The notes beneath the pieces were generated by a model, which worked only from the letters and a program-made list of their open reading frames with translations, made no database searches and was not told where the DNA came from. From NCBI GenBank assembly GCA_963719515.1, contig CAVRCJ010000006.1:96001-160000 (forward strand): 64,000 nt of DNA, given 5' to 3'. Below are positions 1 to 11,938 of this stretch, one piece after another; the stretch's first letter is position 1; the number at the start of each line of letters is the position of its first letter. The translations under genes and the position numbers were made by a program. The stretch comes from an uncultured cyanobacterium. GTDB lineage: Bacteria > Cyanobacteriota > Cyanobacteriia > CAKZMO01.

Positions 1-1
1 C

Positions 2-541
2 ATCGGCTTCGTAGGTCGAATTGCCCACCACAAGGGAATTGATACTCTAATCGAAGCTGTAAATATCCTTTCTCAGACGGAGCGATCATTTCACTTGTAC
101 CTCTGCGGTTCTGGTCCTGATGAAGATAAGCTTCAAAAGCTCGCTAGCGGTTACGACTTAGATGACGTAGTCACTTGGCGAGGGGGCGTTCGCCACGACG
201 AAGTTCCTCAAGAAATGGGGAAAATGGATGTATTGGTCTTGCCTTCCCGCAGCATCCCAACCTGGAAGGAGCAGTTTGGCCACGTAATTATTGAGGCAAT
301 GGCTGTCGGAATTCCGGTGGTAGGCTCAACCTGCGGCGAAATTCCCAACGTCGTCGGCACGCCAGATTTAGTGTTTCCTGAAGGAAACGCAGCGGCCTTG
401 GCTGATATCCTATCCCGCTTAATCAATGACGCCAACTGGCGGCAAGACATGGAGACGTATAGTCTTAACCGAGTTTCTCAGTACTACAGCCACAAGCGGA
501 TTGCTGAACGGTTGATTGAGCTTTGGAACTCTATTCTATAG
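2..541 (+). CDS. Glycosyltransferase family 4, 5'-truncated by the window edge
   Basis: Frame open from base 2 (IGFVGRIAHHKG...); GT-B motif EQFGHVIIEAMAVGIPVV. Confidence 0.9.
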   Translation: MGFVGRIAHHKGIDTLIEAVNILSQTERSFHLYLCGSGPDEDKLQKLASGYDLDDVVTWRGGVRHDEVPQEMGKMDVLVLPSRSIPTWKEQFGHVIIEAMAVGIPVVGSTCGEIPNVVGTPDLVFPEGNAAALADILSRLINDANWRQDMETYSLNRVSQYYSHKRIAERLIELWNSIL

Positions 542-575
542 TTAGTCATAAGTTAGTCGTAGATCACTAATATAT

Positions 576-1697
576 ATGCGAATTGCTATTGTCCGTAGAG
601 CTCCAGGCTCCTCCTTCAGCATGGATGTCTATGCCGATGGTTTGGTCAGCGGTCTCACCAATGTCCGCCCTGACTGGTCAATCGTAGAAATAACCCCATC
701 CTTCACTGAGTATCAGGGCTCTTCTCTCGAACGGATAGGCAAATATTACAGTCGATATTGGAAATTTCCCAACGACGTCAAGGGCCGCGACGACATCGAC
801 TTATTTCACGTCATCGACCACAGTGATGGTCACCTTCTGTATGCATTGAAAGGGCATGATAAAGCGACAGTGGTGACCTGCCACGACTTGATCAACTACA
901 TTCACCCTGAAAACATTAGTGATCAAGCGCAGGTTGCATTCATCAGTCAGGCTCTTTGGAAGTACGCTGTTCGAGGCATTTGTCAAGCTGATCACATCGT
1001 TACGGTCTCTGACCACACGGCCAAAGATGTGAGAGCGCTCTTTCAAGTTCAACCTAGCCGCATAACGACGGCACACAATGGCGTTGACCCCAGCTTTCAA
1101 CAGCTCCCACAGCATCAAGTTGACCAGGCACGCCAGCAGTACAGCATAGCGCAATCGACGTTTGCACTCCTCAATGTGGGCTCAAATCATCCTCGCAAAA
1201 ACATTTTTACTATTTTGAGAGCATTGGCTATTTTGCAGCGAGTAGATATACCCATACAGTTTCTCAAGGCCGGAGCTGACTTTACCGCCGCGCAAAAGTC
1301 TTTTATTGAAGAGGAAGGCTTAGCGGACGCAGTCTCGTACGTGGGTAAGCCAAGTCAAGAGCAGCTTATAACGCTTTATAACGCAGCAGACGTCTTAGTC
1401 GCCCCCTCCCTATACGAGGGGTTTGGTATTACTCCGCTCGAAGCGATGGCTTGCGGAACTCCAGTTGTTACGGCCGATGTCACAGCCCTGCCTGAGGTCA
1501 TTGGGGAAGCGGGCATAATGATTTCGCCTGAGGATGCGGATGCTGTTGCAACAGCGGTGAAGACGTTATATCAGGAGCATGGTCTCTACCAAGAGTTTGT
1601 TGGTAAGGGGCTAGAACGGGTTAAAGGCTTTACGTGGCGAAGGCATGGTGAGCAAGTTGCTCAAGTTTATGAAAAAATTCTAACCTCAACAATATGA
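576..1697 (+). CDS. Glycosyltransferase family 4
   Basis: VGSNHPRKN and PSLYEGFGITPLEAMACGTPVV motifs. Confidence 0.92.
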   Translation: MRIAIVRRAPGSSFSMDVYADGLVSGLTNVRPDWSIVEITPSFTEYQGSSLERIGKYYSRYWKFPNDVKGRDDIDLFHVIDHSDGHLLYALKGHDKATVVTCHDLINYIHPENISDQAQVAFISQALWKYAVRGICQADHIVTVSDHTAKDVRALFQVQPSRITTAHNGVDPSFQQLPQHQVDQARQQYSIAQSTFALLNVGSNHPRKNIFTILRALAILQRVDIPIQFLKAGADFTAAQKSFIEEEGLADAVSYVGKPSQEQLITLYNAADVLVAPSLYEGFGITPLEAMACGTPVVTADVTALPEVIGEAGIMISPEDADAVATAVKTLYQEHGLYQEFVGKGLERVKGFTWRRHGEQVAQVYEKILTSTI

Positions 1698-2935
1698 AGT
1701 CATTCAATATACTGATCTCTGCTTATGCCTGTCGGCCCAATATGGGCTCAGAACCTGGAGTCGGATGGAACGTTGTCCAAGAACTCGCAAAGTTTCATCA
1801 GGTCTGGGTCCTGACTCGTTCAGACAATAGGTCTAGTATTGAAGCTCATCTTGCTCAGCATCCTGCCGGCAATTTGAAGTTTGTGTATTGTGATCCTCCT
1901 ATGGGAGCACGGTTACTTTCAGCGGCTACAGTGCCTCATTACTACTTCTGGCAAGTTGCTGCGTACTTCGCAGCGAAAGACCTGCTTCAGCAGGTTGATA
2001 TTGACGTTATTCATCACGTGACCTACGTCCGCTACTCAACGCCGAGCTTTCTATCGCTGCTACCAGTTCCCTTCATTTGGGGGCCTGTAGGGGGAGGCGA
2101 GATGGCTCCCAAAGCGTTCTGGCAGGACTTCAGCGCTAGGGGGCAGGCCTACGAAGTAGTCAGGCGTTTGGTTCATCGCATAGGGGAACTCGACCCTTTT
2201 GTTCAGCTCACGGCTCGCCGGAGCGCGCTTACTAGAGCAACAACCCAGGAGACCGCTGAACGACTGCAAAAAATTGGCGCTAGCAAGCTGGAAGTCTACT
2301 CTGAATCGGGCCTCTCCACCGATGAAATTGAGCGCCTGTCTCGGTGTGACATTTCAAGCACGACGCCGGTTCGCTTCATCAGTATGGCTAGGCTCCTACA
2401 TTGGAAGGGGATGCACTTAAGCATACGCGCTTTTGCTGGAGCCAATCTTCCCAAAGATGTTGAGTACTGGATTTTAGGAGAGGGGCCTGAGGATGCTAAC
2501 CTACTGACCCTAGCCCAAGAGTTGGGAGTAGCTGACCGAGTAAAGTTCTTGGGCCGATTACCGCGGCCTGAAACTCTTCAAAAGCTGAGTGAGTGCCATG
2601 TCTTGGTACATGCAAGCCTGCATGACTCAGGGGGGTGGGTCTGTCTAGAGGCCATGGCCGCTGGGCGACCAGTAATTTGTCTCGACCTAGGCGGACCGAG
2701 CGTTCAGGTAAATGAAGAGACAGGAATCAGGGTTCCGGCTCACGACCCCAGTCAGGTTGTTGAAGATCTCGCGCTGGCCATGACCCGCCTAGCGAATGAC
2801 GCAGAATTACGGCGGCAGATGGGAGAAGCAGGGCGATCGCTCGTTCGTCAAAGCTTTTCTTGGGAAGCGAAGTGTCAGAAGCTCACCGAGAAATACACTG
2901 AGATTTGCCAGGAGATAGCGTCATGCGTATCCTAA
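1694..2935 (+). CDS. Glycosyltransferase family 4
   Basis: SAYACRP..GSEPGVGW N-terminus; HDSGGWVCLEAMAAGRPVI; ATGA overlap with the upstream gene. Confidence 0.92.
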   Translation: MKSFNILISAYACRPNMGSEPGVGWNVVQELAKFHQVWVLTRSDNRSSIEAHLAQHPAGNLKFVYCDPPMGARLLSAATVPHYYFWQVAAYFAAKDLLQQVDIDVIHHVTYVRYSTPSFLSLLPVPFIWGPVGGGEMAPKAFWQDFSARGQAYEVVRRLVHRIGELDPFVQLTARRSALTRATTQETAERLQKIGASKLEVYSESGLSTDEIERLSRCDISSTTPVRFISMARLLHWKGMHLSIRAFAGANLPKDVEYWILGEGPEDANLLTLAQELGVADRVKFLGRLPRPETLQKLSECHVLVHASLHDSGGWVCLEAMAAGRPVICLDLGGPSVQVNEETGIRVPAHDPSQVVEDLALAMTRLANDAELRRQMGEAGRSLVRQSFSWEAKCQKLTEKYTEICQEIASCVS

Positions 2936-4092
2936 GTATTCACAACAAATACCAGATTCGAGGTGGGGAAGACGAGTCTCGGGAATCAGAGGAGCGGTTG
3001 CTGCGGGATCACGGTCACGAAGTCGACGTGTATGAGGAATCAAACCACCGTATTCAGCAGCTCAATCCAGCTCAAGTCGCACTTAAGACGGTCTGGTCCG
3101 CGCAGGCCTATCGCGATGTCGAGCGCCAGCTAGCGCTCAAGCCTTACGACCTCGTCCACATCCAGAACTTCTTTCCGCTCATCTCTCCTGCTGCCCATTA
3201 TGCCGCTAAAGCGGCAAAGGTTCCCGTCGTACAAACGCTTCGAAACTACCGACTGCTGTGCCCCAACGGGCTTTTTTTTCGAGACGGGAAAGTCTGTGAA
3301 GATTGTTTGGGAAAACCAGTTCCTTACCCTGGAATTGTCCATAACTGTTACCGAGACAACAAGCTGGCGACGACTGCTGTAGCGGCTATGATCACGACTC
3401 ATCGCGCGATCAGAACCTGGTCTAAAGCCGTCAACCTGTTCATCACGCTGACGGAGTTCGCTCGGCAAAAGTTCATCGAGGGCGGCTTCTCTCCTGAAAA
3501 GATAATTGTCAAACCCAATTTTGTTTCCCCTGATCCCGGTACAGGCACAGGCAAAGGAAATTATGTCCTGTTTGTTGGTCGCTTGTCGGTGGAGAAAGGG
3601 CTCGACACCCTAATTGAGGCTTGGGAACGTCTCGATACCCCGATACCGCTCAAGATCGTTGGCGATGGTCCCCTAGCAGAGCGGGTTGAAAAGGCATCCT
3701 TACGTCACCCACACATTGAGCTATTGGGACGGCGACCCTTGCCTGAAGTTCATCAACTGATGGGCAATGCTCGCTATTTAGTTTTCCCATCCAAGTGGTA
3801 CGAAACGTTCGGACGGGTCGCAGCGGAGTCATTTGCTACAGGGACACCTGTCATCGCTTCAAAGATCGGAGCAATAGAGGAGCTAGTAAAGTCAGGTCAA
3901 ACGGGTATTCACTTCACACCAGGCAGCGCATCTGATCTAGCCGCTAAGGTAGCTCAACTTTGGGAGTCTTCCTCCGAAGACTACAGCCGCATGCGCTCTA
4001 CCGCTAGAAATACGTTCGAGGAAAAGTATACCGCCGAGCAAAACTATCATCTACTTATGAATATCTATTCTTCTGTTCTAAACCCCGTCTAA
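2923..4092 (+). CDS. Glycosyltransferase family 4
   Basis: ATG at 2923 (MRILSIHNKYQIRGGE); FVGRLSVEKG; WYETFGRVAAESFATGTPVI. Confidence 0.92.
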   Translation: MRILSIHNKYQIRGGEDESRESEERLLRDHGHEVDVYEESNHRIQQLNPAQVALKTVWSAQAYRDVERQLALKPYDLVHIQNFFPLISPAAHYAAKAAKVPVVQTLRNYRLLCPNGLFFRDGKVCEDCLGKPVPYPGIVHNCYRDNKLATTAVAAMITTHRAIRTWSKAVNLFITLTEFARQKFIEGGFSPEKIIVKPNFVSPDPGTGTGKGNYVLFVGRLSVEKGLDTLIEAWERLDTPIPLKIVGDGPLAERVEKASLRHPHIELLGRRPLPEVHQLMGNARYLVFPSKWYETFGRVAAESFATGTPVIASKIGAIEELVKSGQTGIHFTPGSASDLAAKVAQLWESSSEDYSRMRSTARNTFEEKYTAEQNYHLLMNIYSSVLNPV

Positions 4093-4152
4093 GCTGAGAA
4101 CTAGTTTTAATTTAAGGGGAAAACGTCGCTAAAATGCAGACCTTAGTTTCGA

Positions 4153-5619
4153 ATGATTGCCTGTATGTCTATTGACACTCCTATTTCACCTTACTTCAAA
4201 AAATCTCGACCTAAGGGAGTGCTTATCAGCAATTCTATACTATTGCTAATAAGCTTTTCGACAGTTTTTTTTCCTAGGCTTCTTGATAGCGCAGGAGCGC
4301 CAGCACCAATCAACTTCTTGCACTTCTTAGTCGTACCTTTAGTTACGGCATGGAATCTAGCTCGATGTTCTCAAAAGAATAGGAAGCAGCGATTAATTTT
4401 GAATCAGCTGCTAGCGTTGACATACTTATTTTCAGGCGTTGTCCTCGCCAGCTCTTTTCTCAATGATGCAGCATTAGTAAATGCTGCTCTATCATTCTTA
4501 CTTCTGGCCGAACCAGCAATTTTTTTAGTAAGCCTGCTTAGCGTCAACTATTCAACAGAGAAGTTTCTGTTTTTGAGAACGTGGCTGATTCGGTTTTCAG
4601 CTTTTCATGTTTTACTATCCCTAGCGCAGGCCTTTCTTCTGGACTTGGGCATCATGAAGACCGGCGCGATGGGAATTATTCAGGATAACATTCAAGGAGT
4701 TTTTTATCTGTCGGGTGGAGGACATAATGCGGCAGCTAGTGTATCGGTAAACTTTGGCCTCTACTATTTGATCAGCGCACCGAAATTTCCTGGAGTAGAG
4801 AGCCCTCCACATTACCTTAGATATGCATTCTTTTTGGGGGCGTTTTTCCAGCTTTTGAAAGCCGACTCAAAGCAAACTTTATTGGTAATGTTGGCCGCTT
4901 GGGTATTGTTGACCTTGCTGACAAAAGTAAAGGAGATCGGCACATTCATAAAATACTCCGCCTTAATCACACTACTTGTCTTTGCGCTATTCTGGGCGAT
5001 CGACAATGTGCCTCTATTCAGGGCATTTGGGACTTGGCTAAGGCCGGACATCTGGGGGCCGGATGGAATAGCGACCCAGCTCAAAATTGCTGCATTTCCG
5101 GTTATAACTTCTCACTATGAATCTTTTCTAAATTGGTTTTTAGGTTTGGGGCCTGGTCACACAGTAGGACGTCTCGGAGGATGGTTGCTGCCAAAATACT
5201 CATCTCTACTGGGTCCGCTTGGAGCAACAGTACATCCTGCCAGTCAAGACGTGTGGGGAAAAGTCGCAGAAGCTTGGCTCGGCAACAACTCAAGTATGTT
5301 TTCACCTTTATTTGGATGGGCTGGAGTTTGGGGAGATCTTGGATTTCTGGGTCTAGGCGTTTATGCTGCCATGGGGTACGCTATTTGGAAGAATTTATGT
5401 CTAGACGACTTCTCCCGCTTCATATTACTCTCTATTGTTGTCCATGGATTTATCTTCACGCAGATGGAAGAGCCGGGCTTTATGATTCACTCGGCGGTGC
5501 TCATCTTCTTAAGGTGGAAGGAATTAGAGTTTAGCAAAATCGAGTTAGGAGAGCTTAAAGATGAGCCGAAGAAGCGAAAGCTGAAGGGTCTTCCAGTCCC
5601 AGTGCGATCGCATGAATAG
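4153..5619 (+). CDS. Polytopic membrane protein, probable Wzy/O-antigen ligase-like polysaccharide polymerase
   Basis: Many hydrophobic segments, a large loop with GLGPG, and position inside a GT cluster. Confidence 0.6.
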   Translation: MIACMSIDTPISPYFKKSRPKGVLISNSILLLISFSTVFFPRLLDSAGAPAPINFLHFLVVPLVTAWNLARCSQKNRKQRLILNQLLALTYLFSGVVLASSFLNDAALVNAALSFLLLAEPAIFLVSLLSVNYSTEKFLFLRTWLIRFSAFHVLLSLAQAFLLDLGIMKTGAMGIIQDNIQGVFYLSGGGHNAAASVSVNFGLYYLISAPKFPGVESPPHYLRYAFFLGAFFQLLKADSKQTLLVMLAAWVLLTLLTKVKEIGTFIKYSALITLLVFALFWAIDNVPLFRAFGTWLRPDIWGPDGIATQLKIAAFPVITSHYESFLNWFLGLGPGHTVGRLGGWLLPKYSSLLGPLGATVHPASQDVWGKVAEAWLGNNSSMFSPLFGWAGVWGDLGFLGLGVYAAMGYAIWKNLCLDDFSRFILLSIVVHGFIFTQMEEPGFMIHSAVLIFLRWKELEFSKIELGELKDEPKKRKLKGLPVPVRSHE

Positions 5620-5689
5620 AGCCAAGCGTTGTGTCATATCCGTCCGATAAAGTTTGATGTAAAACCCTTATTGCTTCTACTTATATAAA

Positions 5690-6724
5690 ATGATTAAATC
5701 CCCAGAGTTCTTTATCGTCAGTTCGGGAAGAGCAGGTTCTACGCTCTTACAGTCTATCCTTAACGCTAGCCGACAAATCTATATCCCTCAAGAAAGCGAC
5801 TTTATCGCAAGAGCGTATCCCTTTTTCGGAGACCGTAAGTCTATTGAACAGTCCGAATATGCTCAGCTAGCAATGATGTTTTGCGTCGCCTCACAGTCAA
5901 GTGGCTGGGGTATGACATACGATTACATTCTCAAACAATTAGAAGAACACAGTCCTCAGACACTCGCAGAGATTTTTTCTGTTATTTGTAGCGCTTATCA
6001 TTCCCAAGAAAACACTTTAGACATAAAGTGGGGGGTCAAACATCCGGTCTTAATTGCCAGCCTCAACACAATTTTCTCGACTTATCCAGACATTAAAATA
6101 ATTCATATTTGCAGAGATGGCCGAGATGTCTATTTATCCTATAAGAATATTCACGAGAATAGTCAAATAAAGTTTGGTCCTAATGGTGTAGTGTCTAGTG
6201 CTTTGTATTGGGTTGACGGTTTGCGCCGGATTGAGAAATATTTACAAGACCCAGCAATCCAAAATAAGGTTGTTTCCGAGATAAAATACGAGGATCTTGT
6301 TGGTCACCCGCAAGAATCCTTGAAAGACTTGTGTGGCTTTCTCGAGATTCAATACAGTCCATCAATGTCCGAAGAATTTTCCAGCTTTGAGGGAAACAAG
6401 CGAGTTGCCCCAGACGAAATTATGTCTTCTGTGCATACTAAGCTAAAAGGAAATCTTGATGCTTCGAACACAAAGAAGTACCTGAAGAAGATGTCTAAGC
6501 GCCAAATTTTCATATTTGAGCTTTTGGCAGCCCCCTATCTTATCAAGTATGGCTATCCTCTAGAGTTTAAATTGCTCGGCAACTGGATCTTCAGTCCGAT
6601 AAGGGCTACGCTTTACTCACTGGGAAGAATCTTCAATGATCGCCGATACAGTAAAAGAGACAAGCGCTTTTTTGAAAGAGCTAAGAAAAAGCTTTTAGAG
6701 CGTCAACACTCTACGGGAGCATAG
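5690..6724 (+). CDS. PAPS-dependent sulfotransferase
   Basis: 5'-PSB motif GRAGSTLL; 3'-PB motif IHICRDGRDVYLS; KYEDLV..P. Confidence 0.9.
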   Translation: MIKSPEFFIVSSGRAGSTLLQSILNASRQIYIPQESDFIARAYPFFGDRKSIEQSEYAQLAMMFCVASQSSGWGMTYDYILKQLEEHSPQTLAEIFSVICSAYHSQENTLDIKWGVKHPVLIASLNTIFSTYPDIKIIHICRDGRDVYLSYKNIHENSQIKFGPNGVVSSALYWVDGLRRIEKYLQDPAIQNKVVSEIKYEDLVGHPQESLKDLCGFLEIQYSPSMSEEFSSFEGNKRVAPDEIMSSVHTKLKGNLDASNTKKYLKKMSKRQIFIFELLAAPYLIKYGYPLEFKLLGNWIFSPIRATLYSLGRIFNDRRYSKRDKRFFERAKKKLLERQHSTGA

Positions 6725-7071
6725 TCTTCGAAAGCCAAAAGGATATTGATATTCTCATTTCAAGACTGTATAGAAAATTATTAGACAACTTCGCCATGGC
6801 GATCGCTGACGCAACTTCTGTAGCCCAGACATCTCACTAGAAGGTAGAGGCTAATGGTCCTGCTTGTTGACCTTGTGGGCCCTGACTCTGCTTGTGAGAA
6901 ATCCGAGCTTAGGAGAAGTTGAAGCGTCTCTTAATGAGGGCTGTTTAACTAAGCAGGTAGTCATAATCGAATGATGTGGCGCTGCCCGATTAAATTTTTA
7001 TGACGCGATCGTGATAATTCGTATCTTCTGTCGCCAATCCCCCCACCTCACAACGGTGCTAGGATGATCCA

Positions 7072-8568
<1,497 letters not shown>

Positions 8569-8626
8569 TTTGACTGCTGTGGGGTGTGCTGCGGCGCACC
8601 CTCACGAAATGATAGGAAATGCGATC

Positions 8627-8656
8627 GCTCAGGGGTAATTTCCCCTGAGCTTTTTT
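8627..8656 (+). terminator. Intrinsic terminator of thiC
   Basis: GCTCAGGGG-TAATTT-CCCCTGAGC followed by T6. Confidence 0.85.
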
Positions 8657-8944
8657 ATGGCCGTATAGCGCTTGAGGCAGCGCACTGTACAGCCCAAGCA
8701 CATAGAAATGCCCCAGTAGAAATGCCCCAACTTATTGAAGTATCTACGCGCGTTGCCCAGAGGACTATACTCACCTACGAGTTTGGACTCCGGCTTGGCG
8801 ATTCGCTGGGTGAGAATGCGCATGACGTCGCCAGAGGGCGATCGCCGCTGCAGCGCTAGGGCCTTAGGGCGAAAGTGTCGCTCTGAGCGATAGGGCAAGC
8901 ACAATACTTTATAATTGGCTTGTCCCAACTATCCTAAGCAAGCT

Positions 8945-9160
8945 ATGAGCGTCAAAGCCGTCGGAAATCCACCGCCTGAAGCTGACCAAGTCCGAGCTGT
9001 GCTTGAAGACCAGCTTCCCGATATCATCGCTAGCTTCAACCAGGTGCTGCGGGAGAAATACAACATTTCGGGAATCAGCATCGGTGGGTTTACCGTTGTT
9101 CCTGAGAGCGCTGTCCCCAGCTCCGTGACCTGCGATCAGGATGGCTGCTCTGTCGACTAG
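8945..9160 (+). CDS. Small hypothetical protein (71 aa) with a C-terminal CDQDGC motif
   Basis: ATG at 8945; plausible composition; family not recognised. Confidence 0.55.
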   Translation: MSVKAVGNPPPEADQVRAVLEDQLPDIIASFNQVLREKYNISGISIGGFTVVPESAVPSSVTCDQDGCSVD

Positions 9161-9339
9161 AGAGCTGAGGTATCGTCCTCTTTTACGGCTGTTCTTCAAA
9201 GAGGATGATATCTCAAACGCTAGCGTAGAGCGAATGTCCTTTTTGCTACACCCATCGACTAATGTCCTCGTCATAATAGAAAGCCGGGCTGCATAGCCCG
9301 ACAGAGCTCACATCTCGGGAAACCTTATCGCGAGACATT

Positions 9340-11046
9340 ATGACGCGAGTTATCGTTTGTGGCTTGGGCCGCACAGGATACACCATTTTCTCCTTGCTCA
9401 AGCAGCAGGGCGTGCCGGTGATTGGTCTCAGCACTACACCGGTCAAGTTTCCCTTGGACGACCCGCGCGAAGTGATCGTCGGCAACCTCCGCTCCGCCGA
9501 TCTGCTGATGGCCGCCGGGGTGCGCGAGGCCCAGACCTTGGTGCTAGTCACCAATGACGATGCCCTCAACCTAGCTATCCTCACCCAGGCGCGGGTGCTC
9601 AACCCTAAGATTCGCATTGTTAACCGCCTGTTTAACGCCAACCTGGGCGACCGGCTAGACCAGACCCTACCGGACCATGTCTCTATGAGCGTGGCTTCCC
9701 TCTCGGCCCCCATTTTCACTTTTGCGGCCCTGGGCAGCCGCGCCATTGGTCACCTGCGCCTCACCGATCAAACCTGGCCTATCCACGAAGAGCTGATTGA
9801 TGAGCACCATCCGTGGCTAGGGCGCTCCCTCAGCGAGCTGTGGGACAATCACCGCCGCATGCTGATCTACTACCTGCCCTCAATAGGGGAGCAAGATTTG
9901 GTCTCAGCGGTACTCGCCGACCAGTCTCTACAGCTGGGCGATCGCCTCATCATTGCCACTCAGCCCCAGCGGCGCTCTTCGCGGAAAAGCTTGTGGTATC
10001 GCCTACGTCGCTGGCTCAACATCCATCGCCTGCAGTCTATTCGTCCGACCCTGATGGCGATCGCCGTCTTGGGGCTGACGATCTTGGCGGCAACGGTTAC
10101 CTATGTCTCGGTGCGACTGAACCTCACCATTGTGGATGCGCTGTACTTTTCGGTAGGCATGATTACTGGTGCAGGTGGGAATGAGCAGGTCGCAGAGCAG
10201 GCCGACCCAGTCATAAAAGTCTTCACCGTGACGATGATGCTGTTTGGTACGGGCGTGATCGGCGTCTGCTATGCCCTGCTCAATGACCTGGTGCTGGGGA
10301 CGCGGTTTCAAAAAGTGCTGAATTTAGGACGCATGCCCCAATCGCACCACTACATTGTGTGCGGGCTGGGGGGCGTCGGCATGCAGGTAGTTACTGAGCT
10401 GATGGAGAACGGCCAAGAAGTGGTGGTGCTAGAGCCCGACGCCGACAACCGGTTTTTGCCCATGGTGCAGGCGCTCAAGGTGCCGGTGATTCGCGGGGAC
10501 GCTAGTCTGGCGGCAACCCTACAGGAAGCCAAGATAGACCGTGCTGCCTCGCTGCTCGCGGTGACTAGCAACGACATGGCTAATTTAGAGATCGCGCTTA
10601 GCGCTAAAGCTAGCTCCCCTCGCCTACCCGTCATCGTCCGCACCCAGGACCCTGAGTTTGCGGCCCTATCCCAGCAGGTGTTTGACTTTGACGCCATCCT
10701 TAGCCCTACAGAACTAGCGGCTCCGTCTTTTGCGGCATCGGCCTTGGGGGGGCGAGTCCTGGGCAACGGCGTCACTGCCGATATCCTGTGGATTGCCATC
10801 GCGACGCTGATTACTCCCAACCACCCGTTTTGCAACCACTCTGTAAAGGCGATCGCCACCAGCGCCGACATTGTGCCTCTCTATGTCAAAACGCCGCAGC
10901 GGGGAGTGCACGGCTGGGAACTGCTGGACACGGTGCTGAGGGACAAGGATGTGCTGTATCTGACGCTGCCCGCGAAGAAGATTGACCAGCTGTGGCGCTG
11001 CAGCGATACCTACTGCTCGCCGATGCAGCTTAGCGGCATGGCTTAA
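9340..11046 (+). CDS. RCK (TrkA-N) domain ion channel protein, K+-channel-like 2-TM pore
   Basis: Two Rossmann motifs (VCGLGRTG, VCGLGGVG) flank a TM-pore helix-TM segment (DALYFSV...). Confidence 0.85.
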   Translation: MTRVIVCGLGRTGYTIFSLLKQQGVPVIGLSTTPVKFPLDDPREVIVGNLRSADLLMAAGVREAQTLVLVTNDDALNLAILTQARVLNPKIRIVNRLFNANLGDRLDQTLPDHVSMSVASLSAPIFTFAALGSRAIGHLRLTDQTWPIHEELIDEHHPWLGRSLSELWDNHRRMLIYYLPSIGEQDLVSAVLADQSLQLGDRLIIATQPQRRSSRKSLWYRLRRWLNIHRLQSIRPTLMAIAVLGLTILAATVTYVSVRLNLTIVDALYFSVGMITGAGGNEQVAEQADPVIKVFTVTMMLFGTGVIGVCYALLNDLVLGTRFQKVLNLGRMPQSHHYIVCGLGGVGMQVVTELMENGQEVVVLEPDADNRFLPMVQALKVPVIRGDASLAATLQEAKIDRAASLLAVTSNDMANLEIALSAKASSPRLPVIVRTQDPEFAALSQQVFDFDAILSPTELAAPSFAASALGGRVLGNGVTADILWIAIATLITPNHPFCNHSVKAIATSADIVPLYVKTPQRGVHGWELLDTVLRDKDVLYLTLPAKKIDQLWRCSDTYCSPMQLSGMA

Positions 11047-11215
11047 CTACTAGGCGGAAAGTCTCGCGCGCTATTTGTAAGATGAGCTCCGGAGGGATGC
11101 ACGCCTTCGCGGTGGATTTCTGCGCTGCGGGCGCGGGGCGATCGCCGACCGTTCGAGATGGCGAAGCCGAACAATGGGGCAGGGGAGTGGAGCCTTTGCC
11201 CCCCCCAAAGCTTAG

Positions 11216-11599
11216 CTAAACGGCGACAAACTGCTGCGCCATTTTGATCGCTGCGGCTAGCTCCGCCTGGCTATTCGCCGATACCCTGAGGGTTTTGCCG
11301 TTGGCCTCCACCTCTAGCTCAATTGCTTTCCCCGACAGGCGATCGCCCAAAAACCTAAACACATATTGAATGTTTTCCATGCTGACCTCAGCCGTCAGCA
11401 TGCCGACGAGGAATCCGCCCAAAGCCTTGCTGCCCTCAGGCGGGTTAGGGTCAACAGCGCGCTCAGCAGACTCCACGTCTAGGTCCCGCAGCTCTTGCAC
11501 CAGGTGCTGCACCTGTTCGTCTCGGGCGTCCTCGTCGAGGTCAGCATCCGTCAGTCCGAGGGTAAGCCAGACTCTAGAATCAGTTGTGAGATGGGTCAT
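11216..11599 (-). CDS. EACC1-like small protein (effector-associated constant component)
   Basis: 127 aa; helix, PPEGSKA loop, hydrophobic LGGFLVGML segment, then IELEVEANGKTLRV beta hairpin; adjacent to a caspase gene. Family call is from memory of the pattern. Confidence 0.65.
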   Translation of the reverse strand: MTHLTTDSRVWLTLGLTDADLDEDARDEQVQHLVQELRDLDVESAERAVDPNPPEGSKALGGFLVGMLTAEVSMENIQYVFRFLGDRLSGKAIELEVEANGKTLRVSANSQAELAAAIKMAQQFVAV

Positions 11600-11938
11600 A
11601 GCGCTTGTTTTCACAGCAGAGTATTACAGTTGCGATCGCCGCCACATTGGCAGCAGCGTATTGCATTGGTTCAGTTGCTTAGGACACCAGAATTGGCTGA
11701 AAGCCTGACTGAGTGTCGGCAACTGAACGCGCAAATGTCCTAATGCATCAGGATATTTGCTCTATCATGCCCGGACGGGTCTTTGCATTTCGCAGAGCTG
11801 TATTAATTAGCACAAAGCTTATCTGAGCCTTAAAGAAGCGATGCAGGGCTGTCTTACCATTCTGCTCCTTTATCAAAAGGGTGTAGCTAGAATCAGTTCA
11901 CGCTCTGCTTAGGCAGATAGCAATATTCAACGTGCTAA

